From: Aliinostoc sp. HNIBRCY26
Lineage (GTDB): Bacteria > Cyanobacteriota > Cyanobacteriia > Cyanobacteriales > Nostocaceae
Assembly (NCBI RefSeq): GCF_050235535.1
Contig: NZ_CP189852.1
Coordinates: 6,324,585 to 6,356,584, forward strand
Length of the DNA stretch: 32,000 nt
Direction: 5' to 3'
In this document: positions 31,434 through 32,000 of the stretch, piece after piece
How the letters are laid out: each line of letters opens with the position of its first letter
Position numbering within the stretch: the stretch's first letter is position 1
Program-made: the position numbers and the translations under genes
The notes under the pieces: generated by a model
Databases searched by the model: none
Seen by the model: the letters and a program-made list of their open reading frames with translations, nothing else
Told to the model about the DNA's origin: nothing

Positions 31434-32000
31434 ATGTTGTCAAAAAGCTGGAAGTTAGCCTGTTTGGGTGGTTTGGGTTTGTCTTTGTTGTTAGGTAACG
31501 GTGTGGCATTAGCTCAGTATGATACATCTAGTGATGTAACCGTACCAACTGTACCTTCAGGTTCATCCACACCCACAACCACCCCTAATACAAACACTCC
31601 TTATCCCACAGATACCACCGCCACCAATACACCTAATGCTGTCGGTGGCGCAAGATTTTTCTGCCAACAATATAACGGTCAATACACCGTCATGTACCAG
31701 CCAGAAAGTCAACCAGGACAATACTTTCCTTGGGCTGCGCCTGGTACTTTAGGGGGTGGTTGGAATCCCCAAGCACGTTGTCAAACTATTGCTACCCGCC
31801 TAGAATCATACCGCCCAGATGGACTGCAAGAACTCCAGATTAGTAGGGAAAATAACGAAAATATCGTTTGTGTCACCACCGAAGCCAATTCTAGATGTCG
31901 AATTGTGCTAACAGTACCTCGCAACAAAGACCCCTACACAGTCCGCAATAGTATTTTCCAAAACCTCACTTCTGCTGATAGCGGTCAACAAACCACAGCA
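31434..32000 (+). CDS. COP23 (circadian oscillating protein 23) domain-containing secreted protein; the 3' end lies beyond the window
   Basis: This ORF is missing from the track because it is open to the window edge. The ATG at 31434 is preceded by GGAGGA at 31421-31426. My translation is MLSKSWKLACLGGLGLSLLLGNGVALAQ... (signal peptide), then a Thr/Pro-rich linker, then RFFCQQYNGQYTVMYQPESQPGQYFPWAAPGTLGGGWNPQARCQTIATRLESYRPDGLQELQISRENNENIVCVTTEANSRCRIVLTVP. The four-Cys pattern is typical of COP23. Confidence 0.7.
   Translation, partial: MLSKSWKLACLGGLGLSLLLGNGVALAQYDTSSDVTVPTVPSGSSTPTTTPNTNTPYPTDTTATNTPNAVGGARFFCQQYNGQYTVMYQPESQPGQYFPWAAPGTLGGGWNPQARCQTIATRLESYRPDGLQELQISRENNENIVCVTTEANSRCRIVLTVPRNKDPYTVRNSIFQNLTSADSGQQTTA

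Overview
The window is chromosomal DNA from a cyanobacterium, probably a filamentous Nostocales type. By eye I counted about 30 full HIP1 palindromes (GCGATCGC) between about 2.6 kb and 30.8 kb. There are also STRR-type tandem heptamer arrays (CCCCAAT, CAATTCG) and cyanobacteria-typical genes (DUF928, CHASE2 cyclase, COP23). I see five blocks.

(1) 1-1630: a visibly AT-rich, HIP1-free gene for a GmrSD-like (DUF262+DUF1524) type IV restriction-like enzyme. It is absent from the ORF track because it runs off the window edge, and it looks horizontally acquired.

(2) 1851-12064: a divergently transcribed five-gene cassette that resembles a RiPP or peptide-templated ('pearlin'-like) biosynthetic cluster. 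I cannot match it to any described class. On the minus strand are a leader-peptide-binding (RRE + E1-like/TOMM-docking) domain fused to a flavin-dependent tryptophan-halogenase-family enzyme, and a second stand-alone halogenase. On the plus strand are an MBL-fold protein, a LanB-type N-terminal (glutamylation/PEARL-like) protein with no elimination domain, and a second MBL-fold protein. I found no convincing precursor peptide, no YcaO, no LanC and no SpaB_C.

(3) 12134-13971: a short secreted-looking ORF that carries only the N-terminal motif of DUF928, followed by TVP38/TMEM64 and a CDP-alcohol phosphatidyltransferase.

(4) 14108-24952: an NHLP/Nif11-type peptide export module. It has an ABC permease/ATPase with a cNMP-binding-like N-terminus, a HlyD protein, and a C39-peptidase ABC transporter. 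These are interleaved with a CHASE2 sensor class III nucleotide cyclase (overlapping the ABC gene by 8 nt), a DUF928 protein, and a protein with two tandem cNMP-binding-like domains.

(5) 25278-32000: a PhoX/DUF839-like protein with a DUF4114 tail, a cytochrome P450, a TPR-M48 metallopeptidase and a partial COP23 gene.

Dispersed small repeats (octamer, heptamer, MITE-like) are frequent, and two of them sit in frame inside cluster genes. All functional calls come from motif recognition by eye. No searches were run.
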